Shown here: positions 24,573 to 37,639 of the stretch, piece after piece | Position numbering within the stretch: position 1 is the first letter of the stretch | How the letters are laid out: the number at the start of each line of letters is the position of its first letter | Source of the DNA: Octopus sinensis | Lineage: Eukaryota | Reading direction: 5' to 3' | DNA: 64,000 bases | Assembly (NCBI RefSeq): GCF_006345805.1 | Contig: NC_043019.1 | Location: 31,061,360-31,125,359, forward strand | Position numbers and translations under genes: made by a program | Notes under the pieces: generated by a model | Database searches by the model: none | What the model was told of the DNA's origin: nothing | The model's input: the letters and a program-made list of their open reading frames with translations, nothing else

Positions 24573-26599
24573 TGCCCTTTGGCTGGGTGGAAGTCATCAT
24601 GTGTATTCCTCCGCCACTAGCTTTCAAAGGGCAGAGGAACGCAACACCGGTGTGCTGCCATGCAGGGGTGAAATAGTTTAACTGCTCTGCTACACTCCAT
24701 TTGTTGTCAACATTTGATGAGTGGAGGACTAGGCTGATGATGCTTAGATTTGTGTTGAAACCACGTCTTCAGCATTTCGTTGATTGTAAGTAGGTGCAAT
24801 TGCTATGTGTCAGACTTGCTTTTCTATTATTCATTTCTTTAACTGAGCTGTAGTTCTGGATCAAGCACAGACTGAGGACACCTGTGTGTAGAGTGTCATT
24901 AGGCCCTTAAAGCTCTCTGTAAATCTGGAAATATGATTAGTGGAAGTTCCACTTCAGTATTTCATAGAGGTTTTAGTGGTGGGCAAGAGTGATGACATTC
25001 TCAGAGAAACTCTGAGCATTGGTGAGAATCAACAGGCAGTTGACAAGAACCAACAAGGACTTTCAAGCCGAGGTCCATGGAAAATTTCTTGAGGTCTCTG
25101 ATCTGTTAATATTACGAGAATGCCTAGCCTGTTTCAGATAAATGCTGCAAATATGGAAGTGCTTTACCCAGGGTCTCAAGGTGTTTAATTGACTGAGAAT
25201 GTGAGAATTTCTCTCCACTGACTGGCACTCCATTGGTTATGATCATGAATTCTCCAGTTGATTTGGTTTATGGAACAGCCTGGTCATAAAATTAATGTGT
25301 AAGTGGCTGAGTACTCCACAGACATGCATAACTTTTAGCATGATTCTCAGGGATATTCAGCATGATATGGAATGTGACAAGGCTGGGCTTTTGAAACTAT
25401 AGGTACAACTCATGTTTGCCAGATGAGTGGACTGGAGCAATGTGAAATAAAGTGTCTTGCTCAAGGACACAATGCGTCACCAGAAATCAAACTCACAGCC
25501 TTATGACCATGAACCAAATATGCTAACCATTAAGCCGCTAAATGGAACAACAGTCTCTCACAGGGTTTGAATCCTCAATTGCCACTGGTATTCAATGTCA
25601 GCTAAGTGAACTGGAGCAACTGAAAATGAAGTGCCCTGATCACGGGCACATTGTGCTACCTACTTTAAGAATCGAACACAAGACCTAATCATCATGAGGC
25701 CAACACCTTAACCACAAGGCTATGCACCTTAACACATGTGCAAAACAATAAAGAAATAAAATATTTTCCTCTCTTGGCAAATAATGGATGTCAGTAAATA
25801 ATGTTCTTCCTCTGCTCTTGGCACAATGTGAGAGAAGTTTCATAAAATTTCATTTGACTAAAAGAATATTGTTGGATTTGTCTTTTTTTTTTTTTTGTTC
25901 ATGATATTGTGGAATCTCTGCAATTGTCTTTGCTAAGTTTGGTTCTGCTTGCTTTTAATTCTCTGTCTTTTTTCGGTCAGGTTACATTTAACAATCAATA
26001 AGCAGTCTGCCATAAGCTTATTATGGAAAGAAATTTCTAATCTAAAGTAATGTTAACGAGATAGCTCAAAGCTGTTTTATGATAGGGGAACAGTTGAGCT
26101 AATATCTCTGAAGAACTAGTAGCTACATGATTGATCTCAAAACGCTGGATGATCAATAAGATGATTGATTTGCCTCCTAATTATTTATATGGTTTCGTTT
26201 TACCAAAGAAAATCAGGATTTGCATTTCACTTGAGTTAGAGAATTAATATAGTTAGAACAGAGAGCATTAAATATATTTATTAGAAATAATTATGTGGTG
26301 ACAAAAAGCAAAACAAAATCAATTCTAGTCAATGATTTATATTTTAAGTTGTTTAGCTAGTATGGGAGACAACTCTGTACATGCTTTGGTAGTATAAAAC
26401 CTCCTTAGCAATATATGAATTGCGTGAATTTTGTAAATGTACAATTCTGTACATGTATAGATATAGAAAAGTAGGAAGATTCAGTAAATAAATTACTCTT
26501 ATATACCACCTGCATGAAAACAATACTGTTGAGTTAGAGTTAGCAATGGTGGGAGCATCGTAGGTTATACAAGATGTCAGCATTATCATCATCAGCAGC

Positions 26600-27410
26600 A
26601 GCATCACCACCATCATCATCATCATCATCATCATCATAATCATCATTATCATTATCATCATTTAGTGTCCATTATCAAAGCCGGCATGGGTTGGATGGTT
26701 TGACTGGGCTGACACACTGGAAGGTTGTACCAGGATCCAGTCTAATTTGGCATGGTTTTCTACGGATGGATGCCCTTCTTAATGACAACCACTCTGAGAG
26801 TGTAATGGATGCTTTTATGTGCCACTGGCATGGGTGCCATTTGTGCAACACTGGTATCTGCCATGACTGTGATTATTCTTGGTGTGATGAGTCTCCTTCT
26901 CAAGCATAAGGTCAAAGGTCTTGCTTATTGCCTCCATGAGGCCCAACACTCAAAAGGAACTCAGCCATCTCACCTTCATGAGGCCTGTTTGAAAGGAACT
27001 CAGCCACTTTGCCTCTGTGAGGCCCAACACTCGAAAGGAACTCAGTCACTTTGCTTCCATGAGGCCCAATGCTCGAAAGCAACTCAGCCATCTTGCCTCA
27101 GTGAGGCCCATTCAGAATGAACTCAGCCATCTCACCTCCATCAGGTCCAACACTTGAAAGGTCCTCAGCCATTTTGCCTCTGTGAGGCCCAATACTCAAA
27201 AGGAACTCAGCCACTTTGCCTCCATGAGGCCCAACGCTCAAAGAAACTCAGCCACTTTACCTCCATGAGGCCCAATGCTTGAAATGAACTCAGCCATCTC
27301 TCCTCAGTGAGGCCCATTTAGAATGAACTCAGCCACCTCACCTCCATCAGGCCCCACACTCAAAAGGTCCTCAGCCACTTTGCCTCTGTCAGGCCCAATG
27401 TTCAAGGTTG
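26600..27410 (-). mobile_element. RTE LINE tail (family C) ending in an expanded minisatellite
   Basis: (CAT)n tail, ggatggatgcccttc, then tandem units derived from the ORF-end segment. Confidence 0.75.
26931..27406. repeat. ~42-bp minisatellite, 12 units
   Basis: Unit gcctccatgaggcccaacactcgaaaggaactcagccacttt; units 5-7 recur as units 10-12. Confidence 0.9.
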
Positions 27411-27489
27411 ATATTTTTTGTATATAACTATAATTATTTCACTACTTCAGCCCATTGATTGATGTATTTTATTAATATTTAGCCATCAT

Positions 27490-27635
27490 TTCAGGTGGAA
27501 AGTGGGCAAAATTGTAAGCATACTGCTTAGCATTTTGCCCTTCTTCTCATTCTGAGTTCAAATGCTACAGAGGCAAGGTTTACCTTTCATCCTTTTGGGG
27601 TCGATAAATTAAGTACCAGTTGCATACTGGGGTTT
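27490..27635 (+). mobile_element. SINE family B (decayed)
   Basis: ctgagttcaaatgctacagaggc...tttcatccttttggggtcgataaattaagtaccagttg. Confidence 0.7.
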
Positions 27636-27639
27636 ATGA

Positions 27640-28227
27640 ACACCTCTTATCACATACAAATTGGTTTATGAGCAATAGTTTGAACATAAAACATTTCAGA
27701 TGATGAATGGTGTCTTAAGTAACAAACACATAAGCCGGCAACAACAGTTGGTGATAAACTGGGAGCATCATTGGGTGTGCACCTGATGCTTGAATTCATC
27801 ATGCCATCTCTTGAATTTCCTAATTTCCTATAGGGAAAAATAGTTTCAGTTGACAAACATTTTGGGTGATAAATAGCCTTCAAAGAATTAATTAAATTCT
27901 TAAACGGAGGTTCCACTGTATATATGAACTTTGGTTTATGAATGCATCTAATGACAAACAAATCTATTTGCAAACAATTTGTCGAACATAAAACATCTGG
28001 GGAGATGAACGGTGTTTTGAGTAATGTATATGCAAGCCGGCAACAATGGTTGGCAACAAGCTGGGCATTTCAGTAGAAGAATGTCAGTATTTGTCTAGCT
28101 TTCGCTCAGTGCATATCCATGCTCAATTTTGCTCTGCTTTCTCATGAATAGTTTGGGCTTGTAAACATCTTGGATGACAAATGGTCTTCAGAAATCAATT
28201 AAATTCATGAACTGAGGTTCCACTGTA
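27640..28227. mobile_element. Two tandem decayed pogo/Tigger-like MITEs
   Basis: Two homologous ~280-300-bp units, each ending gaggttccactg|ta (27918, 28225), the reverse complement of a Tigger-type cagtggaacctc TIR with TA target. Confidence 0.65.
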
Positions 28228-28304
28228 TATTGAAGGTATTCATTAGTTTTATGGTATGGGCTGTATAAACTAGAGTTGAAGTCTAGAGTAATGTGTAAAA
28301 TATT

Positions 28305-28495
28305 GAGCTCAAATTTGTGGGGAAGGTGGTAAGTCAATTACATCAACCCCAGTGTTCCACTGGTGCTTCTTTTATTGACTCCAAAGGATGAATAGCAAAG
28401 TCAACCTCAGCGGAATTTGAACTCAGAATGTAAAGATGAATGAAATAATAAGCATTTTTCCTGGCCTGTTAATGATTCTGACAGCTTGCCACCTT
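28305..28495 (-). mobile_element. SINE family B
   Basis: caaagtcaacctcagcggaatttgaactcagaatgtaaag. Confidence 0.7.
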
Positions 28496-28559
28496 AAATA
28501 ATATCTAAAATGTCGACTATTCTAATGCTATTTCCAAAGGAGATAGAACAGTTAGATCC

Positions 28560-28707
28560 CGTCTGTTCCAAGAAGCTATAAAAATTTGTATTGGTTGATA
28601 TTTTATTTTGCTTTCATCTATACCTAAAAATTGTCTCAGTACTGCCCCTGCTTGTTTAATATGCATAGTTATATCAAACAGTCATCGATTATTCGGAACA
28701 GCTGTAA
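28560..28707. repeat. Third copy of the 24230 unit
   Basis: gtctgttccaagaagctataaaaatttg...attcggaacagctgtaa. Confidence 0.9.
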
Positions 28708-28989
28708 TTATATAGTTATGACTTGATTGTAACATGTAGGTTTCATATAGTTACATTCCTTACGTCTGCTAACATCTGTCTGTATTTCAACATCTACACA
28801 CACACACACACAAACACAAGCACACACATACATGCATGCATATATGTATATACATACATACATATATATTAAGTGCATTATAATGTAACCTAATATAAGA
28901 AAATTCATGCAAAATCATGCAGAAAATACAGATATTAATATTAATGTAGCCACTAGTACCACTTTATAGATACATGAGTATATATAATC

Positions 28990-29035
28990 TGTGTGTGTAT
29001 GTGTGTGTTTGTGTGTGTGTGTGTGTTTGTGTGTG

Positions 29036-29085
<50 letters not shown>

Positions 29086-29089
29086 TTGT

Positions 29090-29185
<96 letters not shown>

Positions 29186-29200
29186 GTGCGTGCGTGCGTG
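28990..29200. repeat. Long interrupted (TG)n microsatellite
   Basis: Directly visible. Confidence 0.95.
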
Positions 29201-29984
29201 CATGTGTTTGGGTATTGAAAGAAATGATTTGGAATTCCTGACTCATATTAATACTTAAGTGAAATATAATCAAAATATCTGAATTATTTATCAATACAGT
29301 GAGATTTGATAAATGTATTTTTGTCACCTCCTTTGTGCAAATTTGTTGCTATTTTTGTTAAAACAAGATGGAAATGATGTTTGCAAAATGCCTATTGCAC
29401 ATGAAGAAAAAGCAGGAAGTCATTCTACAGCTGCTGTAGCTGTTATTAAACCAAATTCAATCTGTAACCCATCCCAATTTTTCTTAATTTTAAATTATTT
29501 CTCTTTATTGACTGCAAAATAATGTAAATGAAGCAACTGAAATAAATTGAAGAATACTAAAAAGATAATAATATATTCCAGACTCTGATTCATTTTATGG
29601 AATTTTCTTTCTTCAAGATGGTGAGATTTTGTTTTGTTTTTAATCCAAATTTAAATTTTAAAATGTCTTTCTGTGGAAAAGGAAACTTTGATGCGATGTA
29701 CACACAAGATATTTAATGGAATCGCAGGCAGAGAAATGAAGAAAGTAAGCTTCATATGTGCCAGATGCATTGGAGCAGTACATACTATTGAGCACATAAG
29801 AAATAGAGTCTCTTAAATGCCTGAATGGGTCATAGACGTTGTCAATATTTTTTCTTACTTAGAAGACTAAATGAACAGAAGAGATGGTTGTTCTGAAAAT
29901 ATAATACCCAAAGGCGGTGCTCCAGCATGGCCGCAGTCAAATGACTGAAACAAGTAAAAAAAAGAAAGAAAAGAAAGAAAAAAG

Positions 29985-30120
29985 AGGTAGATGGAAGAGG
30001 TAGACCCAGGAAGATATGGGATGAGGTGGTGAGGCATGATCTTTGAACGTTGAGCCTCATGGAAGTGATATTATCTTCCCATGAGGCATGATGCAGAGGC
30101 CAGAAGCGTTTAGAGCCGGA
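29985..30120 (+). mobile_element. RTE LINE ORF-end fragment
   Basis: GRGRPRKIWDEVVRHDL*TLSLME. Confidence 0.6.
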
Positions 30121-30149
30121 CAGCAAAAAAGAAAATGCCTAGAGATGAA

Positions 30150-30660
30150 GGTGACTATATCGAGAATAAATATTGGTGGAAATTAAAAATTAAAATAGCC
30201 ACCAAGTTAAAACACAACTGGCCAGATATTGTTGTGTGGGACCACAAGGAAAAGATATGTTGTGTTGTGGAAGATATGTTGTGTCCTCTGGGCATGAATA
30301 TGGTTAGAAAAATACAGGTGAAAGAGGACATCTATGGACCATTGATGAGGAGTTTGAAAATCCAGTACCCAAGGTACACTTTCAGCATCATACCTATTAT
30401 TATTGGAGCAGCAGGATACATACCGACCAATCTGGAGCAAAATATGGCTGAACTTGGGTTCTTGAGAAGAGAATGCAAATCCTTAATTCATATGCTACAA
30501 ATAATCGGGACTATAAAAATAAGCGAGACCTTAAGATTTAAAAGATGATGAACAAAATAGGATGCTTTCCTTCACAAGCTAGCCACCAAGCAGGTAGCCA
30601 GTCGAAGTCTATTCCAAATTTCAAAGAACGAGAACATAAAAACGAACACACACATACAAT
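30150..30660 (+). mobile_element. R4-clade LINE endonuclease domain and 3'UTR (second R4 subfamily)
   Basis: ORF 30135-30548: KYWWKLKIKIATKLKHNWPDIVVWD..CPL..KEDIYGPL..IPIIIGAAGYIP, a PD..(D/E)..K-type endonuclease. Confidence 0.8.
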
Positions 30661-31655
30661 TATATATACTCATATATATATATATGGTTGTTTATAGCAC
30701 AATAGAAGCTGTGTAATGCTAGTGGTTGTGATTGCGCAAAATTCCGTTACTGTTATGTCTTGTCAAATGTCAGAGTATTTAAAAGTATTGATTATTTATA
30801 TAGGATCTGTTGGCTGTTGTTTCTTTTCCTTTGATTCTCTCCAACAAACAATTTACTCCACAAGGTTTTTCAGAATAAACGGAAAACAAATTTCTGTATT
30901 TTCATGCTGATGTAATATATTCTTGACTTAAAGAGGCCTTCCATGTTATTTCTGTATATATTTCATCCATCAACAACACAATCATGATATGCAAAAGAGA
31001 AATACAAAAATACAGAGAAATTGCTATTTGTTATAAAATCTATAAGCATGGAAAATTCCTTTGATCTAATAATTTATATAAATTCTTTGAATCACATCAA
31101 TACTGTGTAGATGTCGATGCTATCAATAACTTTTTCACCAAATTCATTCCATATCCAAGAAAAAGAAAAGCGTTATAATTTGACTGATGTTTATTTTCGT
31201 GTGAGCATTCCTGTGTGGAGCTGTGAAGGTTTCTAACTAGCTGAACTTTTCAACATGTATCACTTCTCGGCAGTTAGATGCTGTTCTCTTTTTTTTACTT
31301 CACCTATGCTGGATAATAAATGCTTTCTACTAACAAAACACCGCGTACAACAACAGCAACAACAACAACAACAACAAAAAATGAACAAAATGGAAGCTGA
31401 AGAATTATACGGTAAAGTTCACGAGTTTAGATAAGTCTGTGTGTTAAGAGATATACCGGAATCTAATACATCAGGACTGTCTAAGGTGGCAAGATGGCAG
31501 AATGGTGAATCTTGAAGCAGATAAAGCCGTAAATAATAGTGTGTAAATAATGGGTTCAAAAATGCTATAATTAATAGCTTTATCTGCTTTGAGATTTACC
31601 GTTCCAAAATCGAATTTATTTCACATTCTCGAAGATTTCTAAATTCTTATGATGT

Positions 31656-31701
<46 letters not shown>

Positions 31702-31932
31702 CGTATATTTGCCATTTAAATATGGCTAACCCCTAAGGGTGGATGCTACTGTAGTTTGTAGCCCCAGAAGGACACCTCCTCCAGCTGGCTTTAGACACAA
31801 TTTCTGTGCCCTATCAGTATTTGCAAAGGGAAGCCATGCTTCCCATCTTCAACTTATGATACACACGGACCTTACACCTATATATATATGTATACATATG
31901 TATATATATATGTATGCATATGTATATATATA

Positions 31933-32322
31933 CACTCTTTTACTTGTTTCAGTCATATGACTGCGACCATGCTGGAGCACCGCCTTTAGTCGAGCAACTC
32001 AACCCCGGGACTTATTCTTTGTAAGTCCAGTACTTATTCTATCGGTCTCTTTTGCCGAACCGCTAAGTGACGGGGACGTAAACACACCAGCATCGGTTGT
32101 CAAGCAATGCTAGGGGGACAAACACAGACATACACACACACATACACACACACATATATATACATATATACGACAGGCTTCTTTCAGTTTCTGTCTACCA
32201 AATACACTCACAAGGCATTGGTCGACCCGGGGCTATAGTAGAAGACAGTTGCCCAAGATGCCACGCAGTGGGACTGAACCCAGAACCATGTGGTTGGTTA
32301 GCAAGCTACTTACCACACAGCC
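31933..32322 (-). mobile_element. SINE family A, full length, CpG-rich (young)
   Basis: catgctggagcaccgcctttagtcgagc...gccacgcagtgggactgaacc. Confidence 0.9.
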
Positions 32323-32385
32323 AATATATATATATATATATAATATATACATTTTTTTTTTTTTTAATGAAAAAAAAATGTATGC

Positions 32386-32430
<45 letters not shown>

Positions 32431-32443
32431 CATATTAGTTAAT

Positions 32444-33123
32444 AAATTGTATGGTATGCACCTGCTAGTTCACTGGTAAAGTACATTCACTTTCTCAGTG
32501 TTCGTTAGGCATTTGATTAATGAGAGAGATGGAAGATGTAAGATATGAGAAAGTTTATTTACCACTACAATTGTTTCGATCCATCTAGCAATGATCTCTC
32601 ACAAGTGGGATACTGAGCATCTGGTTTAGGTGTATCCATCAGTGTAGATGTGTCTCCTTGGGTGATTATAAGATGTATCTCATTAAAATGACGTCTGTTC
32701 AGCAAGATTATCTTTTAGCAAAACTTTGAGTGTTATTTTTTCCATTTTTGTAGCACACTACCTTATAGAACCTCACTCCTGAGAACTGGATAGTGGCAGT
32801 AGTTATTAGTTCATAAATAGTATGGTATAGACCTGGTAGTTTACCGGTAAAGTACATTCACTTTCTCAGTGTTTGTTGGGTGTTTGATTAATGAGAAAGA
32901 CGGAAGATGGAAGATATAAGAAAGTTAATCTCGTGGAACCAACGTTATTTTAACAAGATACATCTTGTAATCACCTGAGGAGACACATCTACACCGACTG
33001 ATACATCTAAATCAGATGTTCAGAATCCCACCCATGACTGATCGATACTAGATGGATCGAACAATTGTAGTAATCAATAAACTGTCTGGTATCTTCCATC
33101 TTCCTTCTCTCTCATTAATCAAA
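32444..33123. mobile_element. Penelope-like pseudo-LTR relic with direct and inverted partial copies
   Basis: 32444-32555 is directly repeated at ~32806-32925; ~32510-32700 is inverted at ~32943-33123; degenerate hammerhead (minus) CCAC-uugugaga-GAUC..GAUC-GAAACAAUUGUA-GUGG near 32563-32610. Confidence 0.55.
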
Positions 33124-33159
33124 TATATATATTTATGTATGTATATATGGAGATATGTA

Positions 33160-33355
33160 GATTGGTGGTTGGGGTGTTGAACTCAGGATCCTAAGATTCG
33201 TGGATGAGGCAACACATTGCGTTCTTGAGCAAGGCACTTCCTTTCACATTACTCCAGTCCACTTAGCTGGGGTCCCATCCAGTGGGGAGAATATGCATCA
33301 TGGAAACCAAGAAACTGACCCTATGAGTCTATATAACTTGGGATGAACCCATATC
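33160..33355 (+). mobile_element. SINE family D (decayed)
   Basis: ggtggttggggtgttgaactcagg...gttcttgagcaaggcacttc. Confidence 0.65.
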
Positions 33356-33469
33356 CCTTTTATAAACACACACACACACACACACCACACACACACACAT
33401 ATATATGTATGTGAAGGTACATGGCTTAGCGGTTAAGGTGTTGTGCTCATGATTGTGAGACATTCTCTT

Positions 33470-33620
33470 GCAGTTGGCAATAATGTGGTTGATGTCTTTA
33501 GTCTTGGTCTTGCACAGCCTACATTTGTTGCCTGTCGATGTTTGCTTCCATTTTATATATATATATATATACAGCTGAAGTTGTTTGTGTGTGGCAGGTT
33601 TGGTAGCCTTCAACTAACAC
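33470..33620 (-). mobile_element. R4-type LINE zinc-knuckle fragment
   Basis: NKCRLCKTKTKDINHIIANCKRMS (CCHC knuckle that precedes the endonuclease). Confidence 0.6.
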
Positions 33621-33902
33621 TATCTCCTCCGAGACCCTGCGGTGCAAGTTGACCAAAATTGAGAGTATGATAGAAGAAGGCTTGCTCTTCATTCCGCAGA
33701 AGATAAAATTCAAATCAGACCATGTTAAGACCCAAAATTATTTACATCAAAAAGGTGCTTTTCTTCTATGAAAATCCCTATTTTTTACGATTTTTTTTTG
33801 ACTGGTGAGTCACCATTTTTCGGTTTATTTCAACCAGAAAAATGTTCACTTAAAGAGAATAACAAGCTACATATATATATATATATATATAATTATATAT
33901 AT

Positions 33903-34058
33903 ACAACGGGCTTCTTTCAGTTTCGGTCTACCAAATCCACTCACACAGGCTCAGGTTAGCCTGAGGCTATAGTAGAAGAGGTGCCACACAGTGGGACTGA
34001 GCCGGGAACCATGTGGTTGGTAAGCATGCTACTAACCACACAGCCACTCCTGCACCTA
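33903..34058 (-). mobile_element. SINE family A, 5' half
   Basis: ccacacagtgggactgagccgggaaccatgtggttggtaag...cactcctgcacct. Confidence 0.8.
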
Positions 34059-34221
34059 TTAATTCAATGAAAAAAAGCTAAATAAAATCAGATTCACTTA
34101 AGTAAATTTCGCTTCTTGAAGAGTTCCTATGAAATGCATGCCAGTAACTGGAAAATAGGAAATGAAGAGCACGAGGGGGAGATGGATGAGGAATAAATAG
34201 TTGTAACAGATATTACATATG

Positions 34222-34256
<35 letters not shown>

Positions 34257-34535
34257 CTGTGTATGATTATGTGCATGTGTGTGTGTGTGTGTGTGTGTCT
34301 GTGTATGATTATGTGCATGTGTGTGTGTGGTGGGGAATGTACTGATAGATAGACATACATATATATATATATATATATACATATGGATATATATGTGTGC
34401 GTGTTTATGTGTGTGTGTAGAGGGAGTGTACTGATAGATATGCATACATATATATATTTATGTGGATATATATATATATGTGTGTGAGTGTGTTTGTGTG
34501 TGTGTTAGTGTGTTTCTGTGTGTGCACATATATAT

Positions 34536-34626
<91 letters not shown>

Positions 34627-34912
34627 TATCAAAGGGTAGGTGGATGAATAGGTAATAAATATATGAATGGGTACAGAAATTTCATGAATGGAATGCAATT
34701 TAGTTACTTCTCAATAGAAACGATTTTGGGAGTTTTCTAGGCTTATGTTTTTTTTGTTTTTCGTTTTTTTTTTCTGTTGTTGAATCTCAAAAGAGAGGCA
34801 AAGTAAAATGTCTTTAAAATGTCTTTGAATTATAAAAGAGATTAGAATGAATCAAGTAAAATATTTTAAATAAAAACATTAAACCAAAATTCAAACCGTT
34901 AGAATATAGTTT

Positions 34913-35560
34913 TGAGGATAAATTCTGTGACATTTTCATGTTATGTAATGTGTGTGTGTACGTGTGTATGTATGTGTGTGTATGTGTATGTATATGTGTG
35001 TACGTATGTATATGTATGTATATGTGTGCGTATGTGTATTGAGGATAAGTTCTGTGAAATTTTCTTGTTATTTAGTGTGTGTGTGTGTACGTGTGTATGT
35101 ATGTGTGTGTAAGTGTATGTATATGTGTGTACGTATGTATATGTATGTATATGTGTGCGTATATGTGTATTGAGGATAAGTTCTGTGAAATTTTCTTGTT
35201 ATTTAGTGTGTGTGTGTACGTGTGTATGTATGTGTGTATGTGCATGTATGTGTATGTATGTATATGTGCACTGAGGATAAATTCTGTAAAATTTTCTTGT
35301 TATGTAATGTATGTGTATGTGTATGTATGTGTATGTATATGTGTGTGTGTGTGTATATGTGTATTGAGGATAAATTCTGTGAAATTTTCTTGTTATTTAG
35401 TGTGTGTGTATGTTTATATGTATGTGTGTATGTGTGTGTATGTATGTATGTATGTATGTGTATGTATGTGTATGTGTGTGTACGTGTATTCAGGATAAAT
35501 TCTGTGAAATCTTCTTGTTATGTAGTGTGTGTGTGTGTGTGTACACGTATATGTATGTGT
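34913..35560. repeat. Array of six ~35-bp conserved cores separated by TG/TA microsatellite spacers
   Basis: tgaggataa(a/g)ttctgtgaaattttcttgttat at 34913, 35040, 35171, 35272, 35365, 35490. Confidence 0.9.
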
Positions 35561-36571
35561 GTATGTGTGTATGTATGTATATGTATGTGTATATCTGTGT
35601 ATGCATGTATGTGTATGTGTGTGCATGTATGTATGTGTATGTATGTATGTGTGCATGTGTTTGAATGTGTGTATGTTTGTGCCTGTAAGTGTTTGCGTGA
35701 GTGCTTGTTAAAGTATGTCTTTTCATAGCTACCATTTGATCAGCAGTGCAACTGTCTAAGTCTTCCTTAAACAACATATCCTGTTGTCGTAGCCAGCTCA
35801 GTGGTTTTTCTTTTTAGTCGTTTGATGTGGAGACCAGGATGCCCTTCCTGCTGTCTGTACTTAATTGATAATCAAGAGAGGTTTGGTTGACAATAAGAAA
35901 GTGTGGAATTCGGCTGCAAAAGACTGCTTCGGTGAGTCTTCTCCTGCCCATGCAAGCATGAAGAAGGAAGCATAAAAAGGTATTGATGCTGATGGCGATG
36001 AGGACAATTACAATGATGGTGATGATGATGATGATGATGATGTTGATGATGATGGCAATGGCGACGACGTTGATGATGACGATGATAATGACAAGGATGG
36101 CGATGATGACAATGATGATGAACATAACACAACGACAATGACAATGATAATAGTGACAGTGGTGATAATGATGACGACACTGCCACCACCACCTCCAACA
36201 CCATCACCACCACCACCTTACCACACAACCACACCTGTGCCTAACATTTTTCTTTTCTTTTGCTTCAAATGAGAGACCATAAGAAGTTTTGGCTACTATT
36301 TCTAGCAAGTTGAATGACTTATTTCCTCATTATAACTGATAGCCCACTTTGCTTCTTTTAGCAAAAATGACATGGGACATTGTTAGCTTTCTGGATATGG
36401 GGATATGGAGAAATGCTTATCGTTTATCCTCCTCCTCCTCCTCATCAGTAGTATCAGTGGCAGCAACAGCATTGTTATCATCCGCATCGTCAGTATCTAT
36501 TTTTTTCCATTATTTTTCATCAATATTCTTGTCATTGTCATTAATACTGAGATTAAGACAATTATAATAAA

Positions 36572-36625
<54 letters not shown>

Positions 36626-36649
36626 AGTGATGATCCTTGTCATCATCAT

Positions 36650-37080
36650 TTTCATCATCATCATCATCATCATCATTTAATGTCCATGTTCTGGGCTGGC
36701 ATTGGTTGGATGGTTTGACCAAATCCATTGTGTCCAAAAACTGGATGATGATGATGATGATGATGATGTTGATGATGGTGGTGAAGATAATGACCATGAC
36801 GATAGCGATGATGATGATGAACATCATCATCATCGTCGTCATCATTTTCATCATCATCACTTAATGTCCATGTTCTCTACTGGCATGGGCTAGATGGTTT
36901 GACAGAATCCACCGTGTCCAAAGACCAAATCGTCCTCCACCATTTACTTTGGTTTCTGCAGTTAAATTCCCTTCCTAATGCCAACCTCCTTACAGCATGT
37001 GTTAGATGCTTCTTTTTCATGGCGCCAGCACTAGTGGGGTCACCATGCAGCTTGCAAGACTGAGATCTTCAGCTACAGTA
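36650..37080 (-). mobile_element. Two decayed RTE-tail (family C) fragments among (GAT)n tracts
   Basis: (CAT)n-ttaatgtccatg..ggcat(t/g)ggttggatggtttgac at ~36675 and ~36860. Confidence 0.6.
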
Positions 37081-37249
37081 GAGAGGGAGGTACTGTTATG
37101 CTATTTGAGAAGGGGTTAAAATGAGAGAAAAAGGGTGGGGTCTGAATAGGACAATTTTCTTGCTGTAGAGGAGCAAGGGACCTTCACAGCTGCTTACATT
37201 ATGAAATGGCTGATCTGGGTAGAACTGGGAAGAGATAAAAATAGTAATA

Positions 37250-37465
37250 ATGGTTTCAAATTTTGCCACAAGGGCAGTAATTTTGGGGGAGAGGATGAGT
37301 CAATTACATCGACCCCAGTGTGTAACTGGTACTTATTTTATCGACCCTGAAAGGATTAAAGGTAAAGTTGACCTCGGTGGAATTTGAGCTCAGAACATAC
37401 CAATGAGTGAAATACCGCTAAGCATTTCGTCCAGCATGCTAATGTTTCTGCCAGCTCATCGCCTT
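37250..37465 (-). mobile_element. SINE family B
   Basis: atcgaccccagtgtgtaactggtac...gacctcggtggaatttgagctcag...gccagctcatcgccttt. Confidence 0.8.
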
Positions 37466-37639
37466 TAAAAAATAGTAAAAATGAAGTGTCAGGGTACCCC
37501 CTTAAGATTCAAGGTGAGTAGAAGTGAGTGGGGATAGGTGAACAGGAAATATTGGTAAGCAGAGGTTACAAGAGTGTATGGGAGAGAAAGCGATGGGGAA
37601 TGGATGGGAAGATGAATATTGCTTTCAGATTATGTCACA

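Noticed and set aside
24730-24775. CUGAUGA...GAAAC-cac-GUC hammerhead-like string
   Set aside because: Neither stem I nor stem II pairs convincingly.
34913-35560. CRISPR array
   Set aside because: The spacers are microsatellites of variable length, the context is eukaryotic, and there are no cas genes.
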